IMG/VR virus record: IMGVR_UViG_3300037308_000558
Location: 2,089 to 66,088 of that record
Source: a virus
Lineage: Duplodnaviria; Caudoviricetes
Direction: 5' to 3' (one strand)
DNA: 64,000 bases
Below, in pieces: positions 53,659 through 62,697 of the stretch. A model generated the notes under the pieces. It saw only the letters and a program-made list of their open reading frames with translations, did no database searches and had not been told where the DNA came from. Position 1 is the first letter of the stretch, and each line of letters begins with the position of its first letter. The position numbers and the translations under genes were made by a program.

Positions 53659-55376
53659 TGCTCAAGGTCAGCACCTTCCTGGCGGAAGGCGAGCTCGGGC
53701 CGTCCGTCGTTCCGCTGTTCGGTCCTTCCGACTCGACCTTCGAGAAGACGGCGTCGGTCGGCTTGTTGCCAGACGTCTTGGGATACATCAACGCCCTTCG
53801 TCCGCGCAACGACGCGCAGTACGTTCTGGTGAACGCTTTGGGCGCCGGCGAGTTCTACAGCTCGAACATCAACGCCGACCACTTCCCCGAGATCGCGCTC
53901 ATCCACAAGCCAGACAACTGGACCGGCAACCCCCTGCTCGACCGATCCATCGCCAAGGATTGGCCCTATGGGTTCCCCACGTTCTACGGAGCGCATCCCT
54001 TCGCGCACCACCGGAACAAGGACCCATCTCGTGCCTACGGCGAAGTGGAGCTCGCCGCGTGGAACGACAACATGAAGCGGGTCGAGCTCGTCACACGAGT
54101 CGACCTCGACAAGTGCATGCGCTTCGGCGGTACGGGCGTGTGGGACCGCCTTCGAGAAGGGCAGTTCCCTGATGTGTCCATGGGTTCCAAGGTGCCCTGG
54201 GACCTGTGCTCCATCTGCGGGGACATGCACCTCTACCAGAAGGCGCTGGCGACCTTCGATCCGAAGAAGCACAAGCACCCTGGCATCGCTGTCCTGGAGT
54301 TCCACAAGAAGCTCAAGGAGAAGGACGGCGTCGGCATCCGCGGCCTCAGCATCACTCGCAACGACTACTGCGAGCACATGCGCACGATGCCGAATCGGAT
54401 CTTGCACGATGGGCGCAAGGTCTTCGTCTACAACTACTTCCCGCGCTTCTTCGACATCAGCTTCGTGTTCATCGGCGCGGATCGCACGGCCAAGGTCATG
54501 GTGTTCATCACCCGCCATGGCCGGCAGACCGCCCCCTCGGCGCTCGTGGCCGAGCAGATGGGTATGCACGACGAGCCCATGAAGGCCGCCGAAGTGCAGA
54601 CCGAGCTCTTGAAGGTGGCGTTCAGCAAGGACGCCAAGGACAAGGGAGCGGAGATCGAGAAGGAAGTCGTCCCCAGCCAGTTCGCTGGAAAGGCTGTCCC
54701 ACTCCTGACCCGGCGGGAGCCCGACCTTCCTGAAGAGGCAATGAAGGCGTTGTGCTCCGTGCCCATGGACCGAGCCCTGGCCACGTTGACCGGATTGGGC
54801 ATGGTTCTTCGCCCCTCCGAGTTCCAGCGCCTGGCGCTCACGCATGCCGGCGGCGGCCCGCTGGCGGATGACTTCGAGCGTAGGAATGTGCTGTTTCCGA
54901 AGACAGAGGAAGAAGAAGCCGTGGACATGGCACCCTCGGGTTTCACGCCTCCGCTGGCCCGTCTTCTTCAGTCTGCAATGCCTATGCGCTCCGCCTTCGG
55001 CCCCATCATCGAACGGAGGGTCGTGGTCATCATGGCGGCCCCCGAAAGAAAACGGGACCTTGCCACTTCCCATCCTTCAGAGTTACTCCGTAAGATTGGT
55101 GCTGCATACAACGGCTACCGTCGTGGTGTGATGGACATCGTGGCAAACGCGCAAGACATGATGAACGGGGCTCTCGGGTCTCGGGATGAAGAACTGCGCA
55201 AGTTGTCCGAGGCCAGCGCGGGTGAGCTCTTCACCCCGCTTGCCTATCAGTACCTCGACAGTGCGTTTCGTGATGAAGTGCCCCCGCTTGCCGTTCAGAG
55301 CACGGAAGTGGTAAAAACTTCACAACGATTTCCGTTGCCGGCGTGGAGAGGGGACTCCCCTCAAGGAACACGTTGA
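53655..55376 (+). CDS. prohead maturation protease (HK97/assemblin-like, clan SH) with Zn-ribbon insert
   Basis: AHPFAHHRNK (His), YGEV, DVSMG (Ser), CSICG...CEH, FFDISFV..GAD..A; located upstream of scaffold-like, decoration and capsid genes. Confidence 0.78.
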   Translation: MMLKVSTFLAEGELGPSVVPLFGPSDSTFEKTASVGLLPDVLGYINALRPRNDAQYVLVNALGAGEFYSSNINADHFPEIALIHKPDNWTGNPLLDRSIAKDWPYGFPTFYGAHPFAHHRNKDPSRAYGEVELAAWNDNMKRVELVTRVDLDKCMRFGGTGVWDRLREGQFPDVSMGSKVPWDLCSICGDMHLYQKALATFDPKKHKHPGIAVLEFHKKLKEKDGVGIRGLSITRNDYCEHMRTMPNRILHDGRKVFVYNYFPRFFDISFVFIGADRTAKVMVFITRHGRQTAPSALVAEQMGMHDEPMKAAEVQTELLKVAFSKDAKDKGAEIEKEVVPSQFAGKAVPLLTRREPDLPEEAMKALCSVPMDRALATLTGLGMVLRPSEFQRLALTHAGGGPLADDFERRNVLFPKTEEEEAVDMAPSGFTPPLARLLQSAMPMRSAFGPIIERRVVVIMAAPERKRDLATSHPSELLRKIGAAYNGYRRGVMDIVANAQDMMNGALGSRDEELRKLSEASAGELFTPLAYQYLDSAFRDEVPPLAVQSTEVVKTSQRFPLPAWRGDSPQGTR

Positions 55377-55411
55377 CGTGAGGCAACAGTTTTCCAAGCT
55401 GGAGACCCCCA

Positions 55412-56584
55412 ATGAGTGACATGAATCCGTACCTCGCCGCGATGTACAACACGAACGGTGCTGCAGAGCAGCTGACCGAGGACATGCAGAAGACCGCCAA
55501 CATGGAGCTCTTCTGCAAGCTCGCCGCCGACAACGGCCTCGACCTCTCCAACATGACCGACGACCAGATCGCGTCGGTCTACGCTCAGGTGTTCCCCGAG
55601 GACCTCGCCAAGGTGGCCGAGGAAGACGAGAAGAAGGAGGAGCACGAGGAGAAGGAGTCTCCGGAGAAGGAGAAGAAGGAGGAGCACGAAGCCGGCGAGT
55701 CGAAGGAAGACGAGGAGAAGGAAGAGGCCAAGAAGGCCGCCGCGGCCATGTACGTCCAGGAGAAGCAGGCCGCCGTCGAGAAGTGCGCCGAGGCGGACTG
55801 GATGGGGCGCATCATGGCCCACTCGTTCACGCAGGAGCGCGAGAACATCGAGCTCGGCAAGTACGCGCACATCATCGAGACTGCCCAGGCCGAGGGCATG
55901 ACCGACGAGCAGATCTTCGAGGCCGTGAAGGAGGCCGCCGGCACCGAGGTGATGACCCAGATCATGAAGCGAAAGGGCCCCGGTGTTGTCGAGCGCTTGA
56001 AGAACCTCGGTTCCTCCGTTGTCGAGAAGGGAAAGGACGTCGCGGGCGGCATCGCTGCCAAGCGTTCGCGCGCCATCGAGGAGGGTCGGGCGGCCGCCGG
56101 CGAGCTCGCAGGTCACAAGGGCGCACTCAAGGGCCTCTCCAGCACCGAGCGCGCGGCGTACAAGGCTGCTCCGAAGCGCGAGGGGCATTCGGTTGGCGCG
56201 CACCTGAAGGAGCTCAGCAGCATGAAGCTGAAGGGCCAGGCTGCCAAGTACGCGCCGCATGCTGCGGTGGGTGCGGCAGCGGTTGGCGCCGAGGAGGGTG
56301 TACGTCGCGGGCTCAAGAAGAAGGACGACGAGAAGGAAGCCAAGGCTTCGGCCGAGGCCTTCGAGGAGATCGCGGCGAACCACGCCATCAAGGTGGCAGA
56401 GGCCGCCGGCTACGACGTCGAGCAGGCGCACAGCCTGGTCAACGCGGTCTACACCCTCGGCCTCGCCGAGAGTGAGAAGATCGCTCACGTCCAGGACGTC
56501 GACACGGCGACCCACGTTCGTGGGTTGGAGTACCTGGAAGCGGCCGGCTACCCGGTCAACTGGGAAGAGATCTTCGGTAGCTGA
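55412..56584 (+). CDS. acidic scaffold-like head protein with many K-x-A sites (390 aa)
   Basis: QKTAN, CKLAA, AKVAE, EKQAA, EKCAE, GKYAH, VKEAA, IKVAE, EKIAH; K/E-rich tract. Confidence 0.65.
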   Translation: MSDMNPYLAAMYNTNGAAEQLTEDMQKTANMELFCKLAADNGLDLSNMTDDQIASVYAQVFPEDLAKVAEEDEKKEEHEEKESPEKEKKEEHEAGESKEDEEKEEAKKAAAAMYVQEKQAAVEKCAEADWMGRIMAHSFTQERENIELGKYAHIIETAQAEGMTDEQIFEAVKEAAGTEVMTQIMKRKGPGVVERLKNLGSSVVEKGKDVAGGIAAKRSRAIEEGRAAAGELAGHKGALKGLSSTERAAYKAAPKREGHSVGAHLKELSSMKLKGQAAKYAPHAAVGAAAVGAEEGVRRGLKKKDDEKEAKASAEAFEEIAANHAIKVAEAAGYDVEQAHSLVNAVYTLGLAESEKIAHVQDVDTATHVRGLEYLEAAGYPVNWEEIFGS

Positions 56585-56598
56585 GATGGAGACGCAGG

Positions 56599-58284
56599 GT
56601 GGTCGAGTGGCTCAAGCTAGCCAATCCGGACGACTCGGGTCAGCACGACCCGAATCAGGATACGGCCACCCTGTCTTCCGTCCCGCCGGTCTCCATCCAG
56701 AACAAGCCAGCCCCGGGCCACAAGGGTCCGAAAGGGATGGCGCCCCGAACAGCGTACACCCGTGTGAACACAGGCACGCCACCGACACCGGACGCGGGAT
56801 CAGAGTCCCAGAAGTCGGTCGCGCCGAGAGGCTTGGAGTTTCTGCCCGGTAGGGCGAAGACGGCGGCGTTCCAGGAGAAAGATTCCATGCAGACGATGAT
56901 GAAGCGACCTCAGCTCCAGGACCTTGTGAAGGAGGCGATGGAAGGCGCCGCGCGCAAGGTGGACATCAACTACGAGGCCGCTCGGCAACTTGCCAACCTG
57001 GGCGAGCCGGAGCGGACCAAGACGGCGGCGCCAGCGCTCACCGTCACCCCGAGCGAGTACATCGAGAAGCTCGCGGTGGCGTTGGACTACCTGGCCAAGG
57101 AAGCGGCCGAGGACAGCTCCAACGTGGGACCGGGCGTGGGCCCCGGTGCCCTCCCGGCCAGCGCGGCGACGTCCTCGGGGCAGGTGCTCGAAGCCGGCAA
57201 GAGCGGCCAGGGCACGCAGCAGCCGCCGAAGGACCCGCCGATGCAGTCGAGTGGCGTGGCGAAGGACGCTCCCACGGGCCTGCAGGACAACATGGAGATG
57301 ATGCACGGTGAGCAGCCCGTGGATCCCATGCACAACGAGAAGACCTCGTCGGCCCTGTTCCACAGGAACATGGCGCGCCTTGGGCTGGTCAAGGAAGCTC
57401 GGGGCCCCGCCCCACTGTCGGACCTCGACCCGCGGCAGTACGCAGGTAACGCCGACCTCATGTCGGCCATGGAGGCTGGTGGTGGCGTTGGCGGTGGTCT
57501 CGCCGGCGGTGGGATTGGCGGGCTGGGTGGCTATTCGGTGGGTAAGGATCTTGGTCACCCCATCCTTGGCGCCCTGGGTGGAGCGCTCATTGGTTCGATG
57601 ACTGGAGGCACCCTCGGTCGGGTGGCTGGTCGCACCATGGGCTCGCCTCTGGCGCTGGCGCAGCACATCAAGCACCGTCGAGCAGCTGAGATCGAGGATG
57701 CCGTCGCTGCGCACCAGGCCGAGATGGCCGCTGCACAGGACGCCGGTCCGAAGGTGGCTTCCATCCTCAACCGCAACCTCGTCCGCCTCGGGCTGGCCAA
57801 GGTCGCCGAGGATGGCGATGGCGAAGGTGGCGCGCCGAGCATCAGCGCCGGCGCCGCTCCCGCGCAGGGCGCGGCCGCTCCTCCGGGTGCAAGCCCGTCG
57901 GGCGAGCAGGTTCCCTCGGAGCCGAGCGACGTGAATGCTCAGAAGGCGCTCATCAGCTCCAACGAGGCGGCCATCAACTACACCAAGCAGCAGGCGAAGG
58001 CCGACCCGAAGCGTGACGCCGGTCACGTCTACGACGAGCCCGCGCTCTCTGCCGCGCACGACAGCGTGCTGCAGCAGGCTTTCGATGCCGCCTCCAAGGC
58101 TGGCGTCAAGATCTCGTCCGACCTGACCCGCGTCGCCGCGGCCCAGGCGCTTCTCCGCAAGTACGCCGAAGAGGCGAAGGAGAAGAAGGACGACAAGAAG
58201 GGCAAGGAGAAGGAGAGCCAGATGCCTGGTCTCTCCACGCCATCCGGCCAGAGCGGGTTCTCGGCGAGCAACCAGGGCATGTGA
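56599..58284 (+). CDS. low-complexity head-associated protein with a glycine-zipper insert (561 aa)
   Basis: LKLAN, AKTAA, TKTAA, AKEAA, VKEAR, PKVAS, AKVAE, RKYAE; GGGVGGGLAGGGIGGLGG zipper. Confidence 0.68.
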   Translation: MVEWLKLANPDDSGQHDPNQDTATLSSVPPVSIQNKPAPGHKGPKGMAPRTAYTRVNTGTPPTPDAGSESQKSVAPRGLEFLPGRAKTAAFQEKDSMQTMMKRPQLQDLVKEAMEGAARKVDINYEAARQLANLGEPERTKTAAPALTVTPSEYIEKLAVALDYLAKEAAEDSSNVGPGVGPGALPASAATSSGQVLEAGKSGQGTQQPPKDPPMQSSGVAKDAPTGLQDNMEMMHGEQPVDPMHNEKTSSALFHRNMARLGLVKEARGPAPLSDLDPRQYAGNADLMSAMEAGGGVGGGLAGGGIGGLGGYSVGKDLGHPILGALGGALIGSMTGGTLGRVAGRTMGSPLALAQHIKHRRAAEIEDAVAAHQAEMAAAQDAGPKVASILNRNLVRLGLAKVAEDGDGEGGAPSISAGAAPAQGAAAPPGASPSGEQVPSEPSDVNAQKALISSNEAAINYTKQQAKADPKRDAGHVYDEPALSAAHDSVLQQAFDAASKAGVKISSDLTRVAAAQALLRKYAEEAKEKKDDKKGKEKESQMPGLSTPSGQSGFSASNQGM

Positions 58285-58292
58285 GGAAGACC

Positions 58293-58667
58293 ATGAACGA
58301 GCGACAGAAGACTGCACAGGTTCTGGCTGACGCAGGCCACGTCCTACGCAAGGTGGCTTCGGAGCGCGACTTCTTCATGCAGAAGTGCGCCGAGCTCACC
58401 GAGCAGAACACCGCCGTGCTGGCGCGTCTCGAAGCCGAGAAGTTGGCCGCCGAGGCGCACGAAGCCGGCTACTACTCCGACAGGAGCTTCCCCGACCTTG
58501 TGGACTACTTCGAGAAAGCAGCCCAGGAAGGTCGGCTTCCCATCATCAAGGAGGCCATGCAAGCGCAACCTCCGAGCATGGGAGGGCAGTTCGCGATCAG
58601 CAACGACGAGTCCCAGTCGAGTGGGGTTTCCGAGCTCGAACGGTTCCTCGTCGGGAACGTCGGGTGA
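58293..58667 (+). CDS. small coiled-coil scaffold-like protein (124 aa)
   Basis: All 6 Lys are in K-x-A; lies directly upstream of the decoration and capsid genes. Confidence 0.7.
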   Translation: MNERQKTAQVLADAGHVLRKVASERDFFMQKCAELTEQNTAVLARLEAEKLAAEAHEAGYYSDRSFPDLVDYFEKAAQEGRLPIIKEAMQAQPPSMGGQFAISNDESQSSGVSELERFLVGNVG

Positions 58668-58705
58668 CCCGACGAGCAGAAGGACAACCAGGAGGATTCT
58701 GAGAC

Positions 58706-59227
58706 ATGAGCACCGTACTTCGAGTCAACTTCGAGCCGGTCCGGGACGTGATGCCCATCCAGAAGGCGGTCTTCCCGCTGGCGGATGGCGATCTCGCCAA
58801 CCCCCTCAACGCGGTCGCACTCGTCGATGGCGAGTGGCTGATCGTCAACAGCTCGTACAAGATCGAGCGCGCCACCGACATCGCCACCACGGGTGCCGAG
58901 GCTGCCAAGCACAGCTACCCGGTGTGGAACGAGCGTGGGCGCACGGACGTCCAGGCCCTCGGCGAGCGGCGCACCGTGCTGCTCTGGCTCGGTGGCTGGG
59001 AGTTCGACACCCGCATCTACGACGCCACGGCGGTCGTGGGTGCCGGCGCTGCCATCACGGCGGTCGACCAGCCCGTGAAGGTGGCGACCATCGTCATCGG
59101 CACGCGCAAGTACACGGGTCTCGTCGGGTGGAACACCGGCGACCCGAGCATCATCGTCGGGCGCGTCACCCGTCTGCCCGCAGACAACGGCGGCAAGCTC
59201 AGGATCCGCGGAGGCATGCTCTACTAG
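58706..59227 (+). CDS. putative capsid decoration/cement protein (173 aa)
   Basis: Beta-rich; positional argument (between scaffold-like and capsid genes); AGGAGG SD. Confidence 0.55.
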   Translation: MSTVLRVNFEPVRDVMPIQKAVFPLADGDLANPLNAVALVDGEWLIVNSSYKIERATDIATTGAEAAKHSYPVWNERGRTDVQALGERRTVLLWLGGWEFDTRIYDATAVVGAGAAITAVDQPVKVATIVIGTRKYTGLVGWNTGDPSIIVGRVTRLPADNGGKLRIRGGMLY

Positions 59228-59273
59228 AGCACCGAGGCGGCAAAGGCCAACCAGGAAGAAGAGGAGAACAACG

Positions 59274-60401
59274 ATGAACGGCGTTTCGCCCCGAGTGCTC
59301 AATGACCTGTTCAACAGCAAGCTGAACACGTCGGATGGCAAGGAGAAGATTGCGCAGTACGCGGGTTCCTACATCCGCGACCGTCTGCGTGAGGTCTCCT
59401 TCGCCCGCAAGATCCTGCCCCCCGAGCAGGTGACGCGAACCGACTGCCAGCGCAGCGTGAACCACGACACCTTGGTCAAGATCGTCGAGATCGAGCCCAA
59501 GAGCCGTGCGATGGCCATGGTCTTCCGTGGTCAACCGACGGCGCGCTTCATCCGCGGCGACCGTGCCGAGGTGGCGTTCTTCACCATCAGCTCGGAGATC
59601 TTCCAGAAGACCGAGCAGGAGCTTCTCGCCTACGAGATGCCCATCACCAAGATCATCGAGGAGAACTCGGTGAAGGACATCCAGGAGATCGAGGACCGCG
59701 AGTTCTTGCTCCACGTCGAGGCGGCCGTTCAGGCTCTCCAGAAGGAGGCCAACGGTGGTGTCGCCAAGGCTCTGAACTACAGCACCGTGTTCGCAGGCAC
59801 CACGGTCGAGTTCTCCATCCGCAAGGGTGAGCTCGCCCGCATCGCCGGCGCCAACGATGCCACGGTTCGGCCCCTGCAGCGCACCGACATCGTGCAGCTC
59901 TTCAAGCTGCTCGACGGCAACCGCCTGCGCGCCGAGCGCTTGCTGATGACCGAGGTCGACTACGACGACATCCTTCAGTGGACCGTCGAGGACAACGGCA
60001 GCAAGCTCCAGTCGGAGACCACGGTGGACGGCTACAAGTACAACACCCTCCTCGGGCGTGCGTACATCCGGACCATCAAGACCGACATCCTTCGTCCGGG
60101 CAACATCTACGTGTTCACCCGGCCGGAGTTCCTCGGGCGCTTCTACGTCCTGAACAACACCAAGTTCTACATCGACAAGATCGCGAACTTGATCACGTTC
60201 CAGGCGTGGGAGGACATCGCGATGAGCCTCGTGAACATCGCGTCCGTGCGGAAGCTGGAGCTCTACTCCGGCGACGCCAACCCGACGACCAACGCCAACG
60301 CGCTCCTGTCGTACTTCGTCCCGAAGGCGGAGGACGACCTCGGTGCGGTGAACAACCGCGTCGAGAGCGGGCTGAAGTTCCCGCAGGTCGTGGCGTTCTA
60401 G
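59274..60401 (+). CDS. major capsid protein (HK97 fold inferred; 375 aa)
   Basis: Strong GAGGAG SD, very high codon bias, RE.SFARKIL motif, downstream terminator, canonical protease-scaffold-decoration-MCP gene order. Confidence 0.78.
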   Translation: MNGVSPRVLNDLFNSKLNTSDGKEKIAQYAGSYIRDRLREVSFARKILPPEQVTRTDCQRSVNHDTLVKIVEIEPKSRAMAMVFRGQPTARFIRGDRAEVAFFTISSEIFQKTEQELLAYEMPITKIIEENSVKDIQEIEDREFLLHVEAAVQALQKEANGGVAKALNYSTVFAGTTVEFSIRKGELARIAGANDATVRPLQRTDIVQLFKLLDGNRLRAERLLMTEVDYDDILQWTVEDNGSKLQSETTVDGYKYNTLLGRAYIRTIKTDILRPGNIYVFTRPEFLGRFYVLNNTKFYIDKIANLITFQAWEDIAMSLVNIASVRKLELYSGDANPTTNANALLSYFVPKAEDDLGAVNNRVESGLKFPQVVAF

Positions 60402-60429
60402 TCGAAGTCCTGATCCTGGTTGGCCCGGG

Positions 60430-60465
60430 GAAAGGCGCCGGCCCCCGGTCGGCGCCTTTCTTCGT
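60430..60465 (+). terminator. hairpin terminator after the MCP gene
   Basis: GAAAGGCGCCG-9 nt-CGGCGCCTTTC followed by TTCGT. Confidence 0.65.
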
Positions 60466-60494
60466 CAGTCCGCACCAGCACCCTTGGAGGGACC

Positions 60495-61040
60495 ATGACC
60501 GAAGTCGTGGAGCACTATCAGATTCACAGCCTCGTCCGTAAGGTCGAGACGCGGCACCACCGAATGCTCTCCGCAGAGCGCCACCGTTTCAGCATGCTGC
60601 TCGGCGGCGGTCTTCTGCGCGTCATCCGACGGCGACCCACGACGGTCACGAAGGGTGTGATCGAGAAGCTCCTCCCCGAGCTCCTGGAGAAGGAGAAGCG
60701 GGGCATGCTCATGGTCACGACGCTGCAAGGGCAGCGCATCGACCTCACCACGCTCAAGGCCATCGAGGGCCTGCCACCCGTGGCGCCCATGCCCGAGCCC
60801 CCGCTGGACTCGGCGGAGAACGACGAGACCTTCGAGGAGGGTGTGGGGGAAGACCGACCGCAGATGCCGGGTGGTCTGCCGATGACGGCGAGCGTGGAGC
60901 TCCCTGCGGTGCTGCAGGAGCAGATCGAGGCGACGCCGGAGGAGCCGGTCGTCACCGCGACGGTGGAGCTTCCTGTGACCCCTCCGCCTCCACCGCCATC
61001 CGTACCCGAGACGCAGACGCGCCGAGGGCGCCGGAGGTAA
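60495..61040 (+). CDS. hypothetical head-region protein (181 aa)
   Basis: GGAGG SD; Pro-rich C-terminus ending RRGRRR. Confidence 0.65.
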   Translation: MTEVVEHYQIHSLVRKVETRHHRMLSAERHRFSMLLGGGLLRVIRRRPTTVTKGVIEKLLPELLEKEKRGMLMVTTLQGQRIDLTTLKAIEGLPPVAPMPEPPLDSAENDETFEEGVGEDRPQMPGGLPMTASVELPAVLQEQIEATPEEPVVTATVELPVTPPPPPPSVPETQTRRGRRR

Positions 61041-61046
61041 GGCGCC

Positions 61047-61547
61047 ATGAGCCTGCAGGGTGTTCAAACTTCCAGCGACACCCTCAAGAGTTTCGTTCAG
61101 ACCGTCAGGTTGTTCCTGCGGGACTTTGCGGAGCTCAACCGGCTCATCGCTGGTGAGGAGTCGTCCGACCGGATGATCATGTGGGCCGTGATGGACGCCG
61201 TGTCCAGCTTCAACGGCACGCCGCACTTCACCAGCGTCAGCTTCGAAGACCTCCTGCAGAAGAACCAGCAGCACCTGCTGCTTCGGATGACCGTCATCTC
61301 GCTCATCGAGTCTGTGGGTCTTCTGCAGACGCGCAACCACATCAACTACTCCGACGGCGGCATCAACGTCGGCGTCAACGACAAGACGCCGCTCTTGATG
61401 AACTGGCTGCAGTACTTCAAGAGCTACACGGAGCAGCTGAAGCAGCGGGTGAAGGTCGCCATGAACATCGAGGGGATTCTGGGGACCAACAACCCCGGCA
61501 TCCACTCGGAGCTCTGGGCAGTAAATTCAAGTTACCTTGCGTACTAG
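61047..61547 (+). CDS. putative head-completion/neck protein (166 aa)
   Basis: FVQTVRLFLRD N-terminus is adaptor-like; positional argument. Confidence 0.5.
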   Translation: MSLQGVQTSSDTLKSFVQTVRLFLRDFAELNRLIAGEESSDRMIMWAVMDAVSSFNGTPHFTSVSFEDLLQKNQQHLLLRMTVISLIESVGLLQTRNHINYSDGGINVGVNDKTPLLMNWLQYFKSYTEQLKQRVKVAMNIEGILGTNNPGIHSELWAVNSSYLAY

Positions 61548-61555
61548 TCCTAACT

Positions 61556-61564
61556 TGCTATATT
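61556..61564 (+). promoter_or_regulatory. extended -10 promoter TG-C-TATATT, probable leaderless transcript
   Basis: Hexamer ends 6 nt before ATG 61571; no SD. Confidence 0.62.
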
Positions 61565-61570
61565 GGCCTC

Positions 61571-62239
61571 ATGGCCAATCATCGAAGTCTTAGTGAAGTG
61601 CAGGAGAGGAAAGTCGTCGTGCTGTACACCGAAGAAAGGATGAGCGTCGCGAGCATCGCTCGTCGCTTTGGTGTGCACTACGAAACGGCCAAGTCCGTCC
61701 TTCGTCGACATGGTGTGGCGCTCAAGCCCCGCGGGCAAGGGCAGCTGAGGAAGTCCTCAGAGAGCCGTGTGCGAGAGGCGGTTGCGCTGTACGAAGGTGG
61801 AGAGAACTGCGACGACGTGGCTGCTAAGTTTGGCGTCACGCGCAGCGCTGTTCTTCGGTGGGTACGTGCGGCGGGAGGCGTCGTTCGTCCAGCGGGTTTC
61901 CAGAAGGGTGGGGCGCATCCTGGTTGGGCTGGTGGTCGACTCGTGAAGGACGGCTACGCTTTCGTTCTCGTGTCGGAGGATGACCCCCTCTACTGCATGG
62001 CGCAGAGCAAAGTGGGCAAGGTGCGCTACGCACTCGAACACCGCATCGTCATGGCCCGCCACCTGGGGCGGCCTTTGACCCGCAGCGAGACCGTTCACCA
62101 CATCGACGACAAGGACAAGCTGAACAACGACATCAGTAACCTTCAACTCCGCCAGGGTAAGCACGGCAAGGGCGCAGTTCATCGGTGTGTGGACTGTGGG
62201 TCGTACAACATCGAGGCGGTGGCCCTAGCCACGCACTGA
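61571..62239 (+). mobile_element. free-standing HNH homing endonuclease with two HTH repeats (222 aa)
   Basis: SIARRFGV and DVAAKFGVTRSAV HTHs; EHRIVMARHLGRPL...VHHIDDKDKLNNDISNLQL. Confidence 0.88.
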
Positions 62240-62246
62240 GGACTCC

Positions 62247-62696
62247 ATGGCAGCACTGTACGCGCGCAAGTTCGGTACTCTGGAGGCGGTCAACACCTTC
62301 CTTCGGGGTGGCATCAAGGGTGGGGCGGAGCTCAGCCCTACGGTCTTTGGACTGCACGGCAAGACGCTGGTGTTCAACGCGCCGTCTGGCACGGTGACCT
62401 TCGCCGATGCCACGGGCGCCGGGCTCACGCTCGACGCCATCGCGACCCAGATCAAGGCAGCAATCGCCACTCTGGCCGTGCGCTTCGACAGCAGGCACGT
62501 CGTGCTGGAGTACGCCACGCCCGGCACGGCTGTGAACCTGGACAACACGGGCACGGCCAACGCAGCCTTCGGCTTCGACACGGCCGCCGACACCGTGGGC
62601 AAGGTCTTCGCGCCCTACACGGGCTCTGCGCCGAGGCTGCTCTCGCTGCAGCCGTGGGGACAGATGGACGGCGTAGTGACCGTCACGGAGGAGTGA
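62247..62696 (+). CDS. hypothetical virion protein (149 aa)
   Basis: GAGGA SD; T/A/G-rich beta composition. Confidence 0.62.
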   Translation: MAALYARKFGTLEAVNTFLRGGIKGGAELSPTVFGLHGKTLVFNAPSGTVTFADATGAGLTLDAIATQIKAAIATLAVRFDSRHVVLEYATPGTAVNLDNTGTANAAFGFDTAADTVGKVFAPYTGSAPRLLSLQPWGQMDGVVTVTEE

Positions 62697-62697
62697 C

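Noticed and set aside
61547-62246. Group I intron carrying the HNH gene
   Set aside because: The flanking genes each have their own stop and start, and there is almost no non-coding sequence for a ribozyme core; the same holds for the EndoVII gene.
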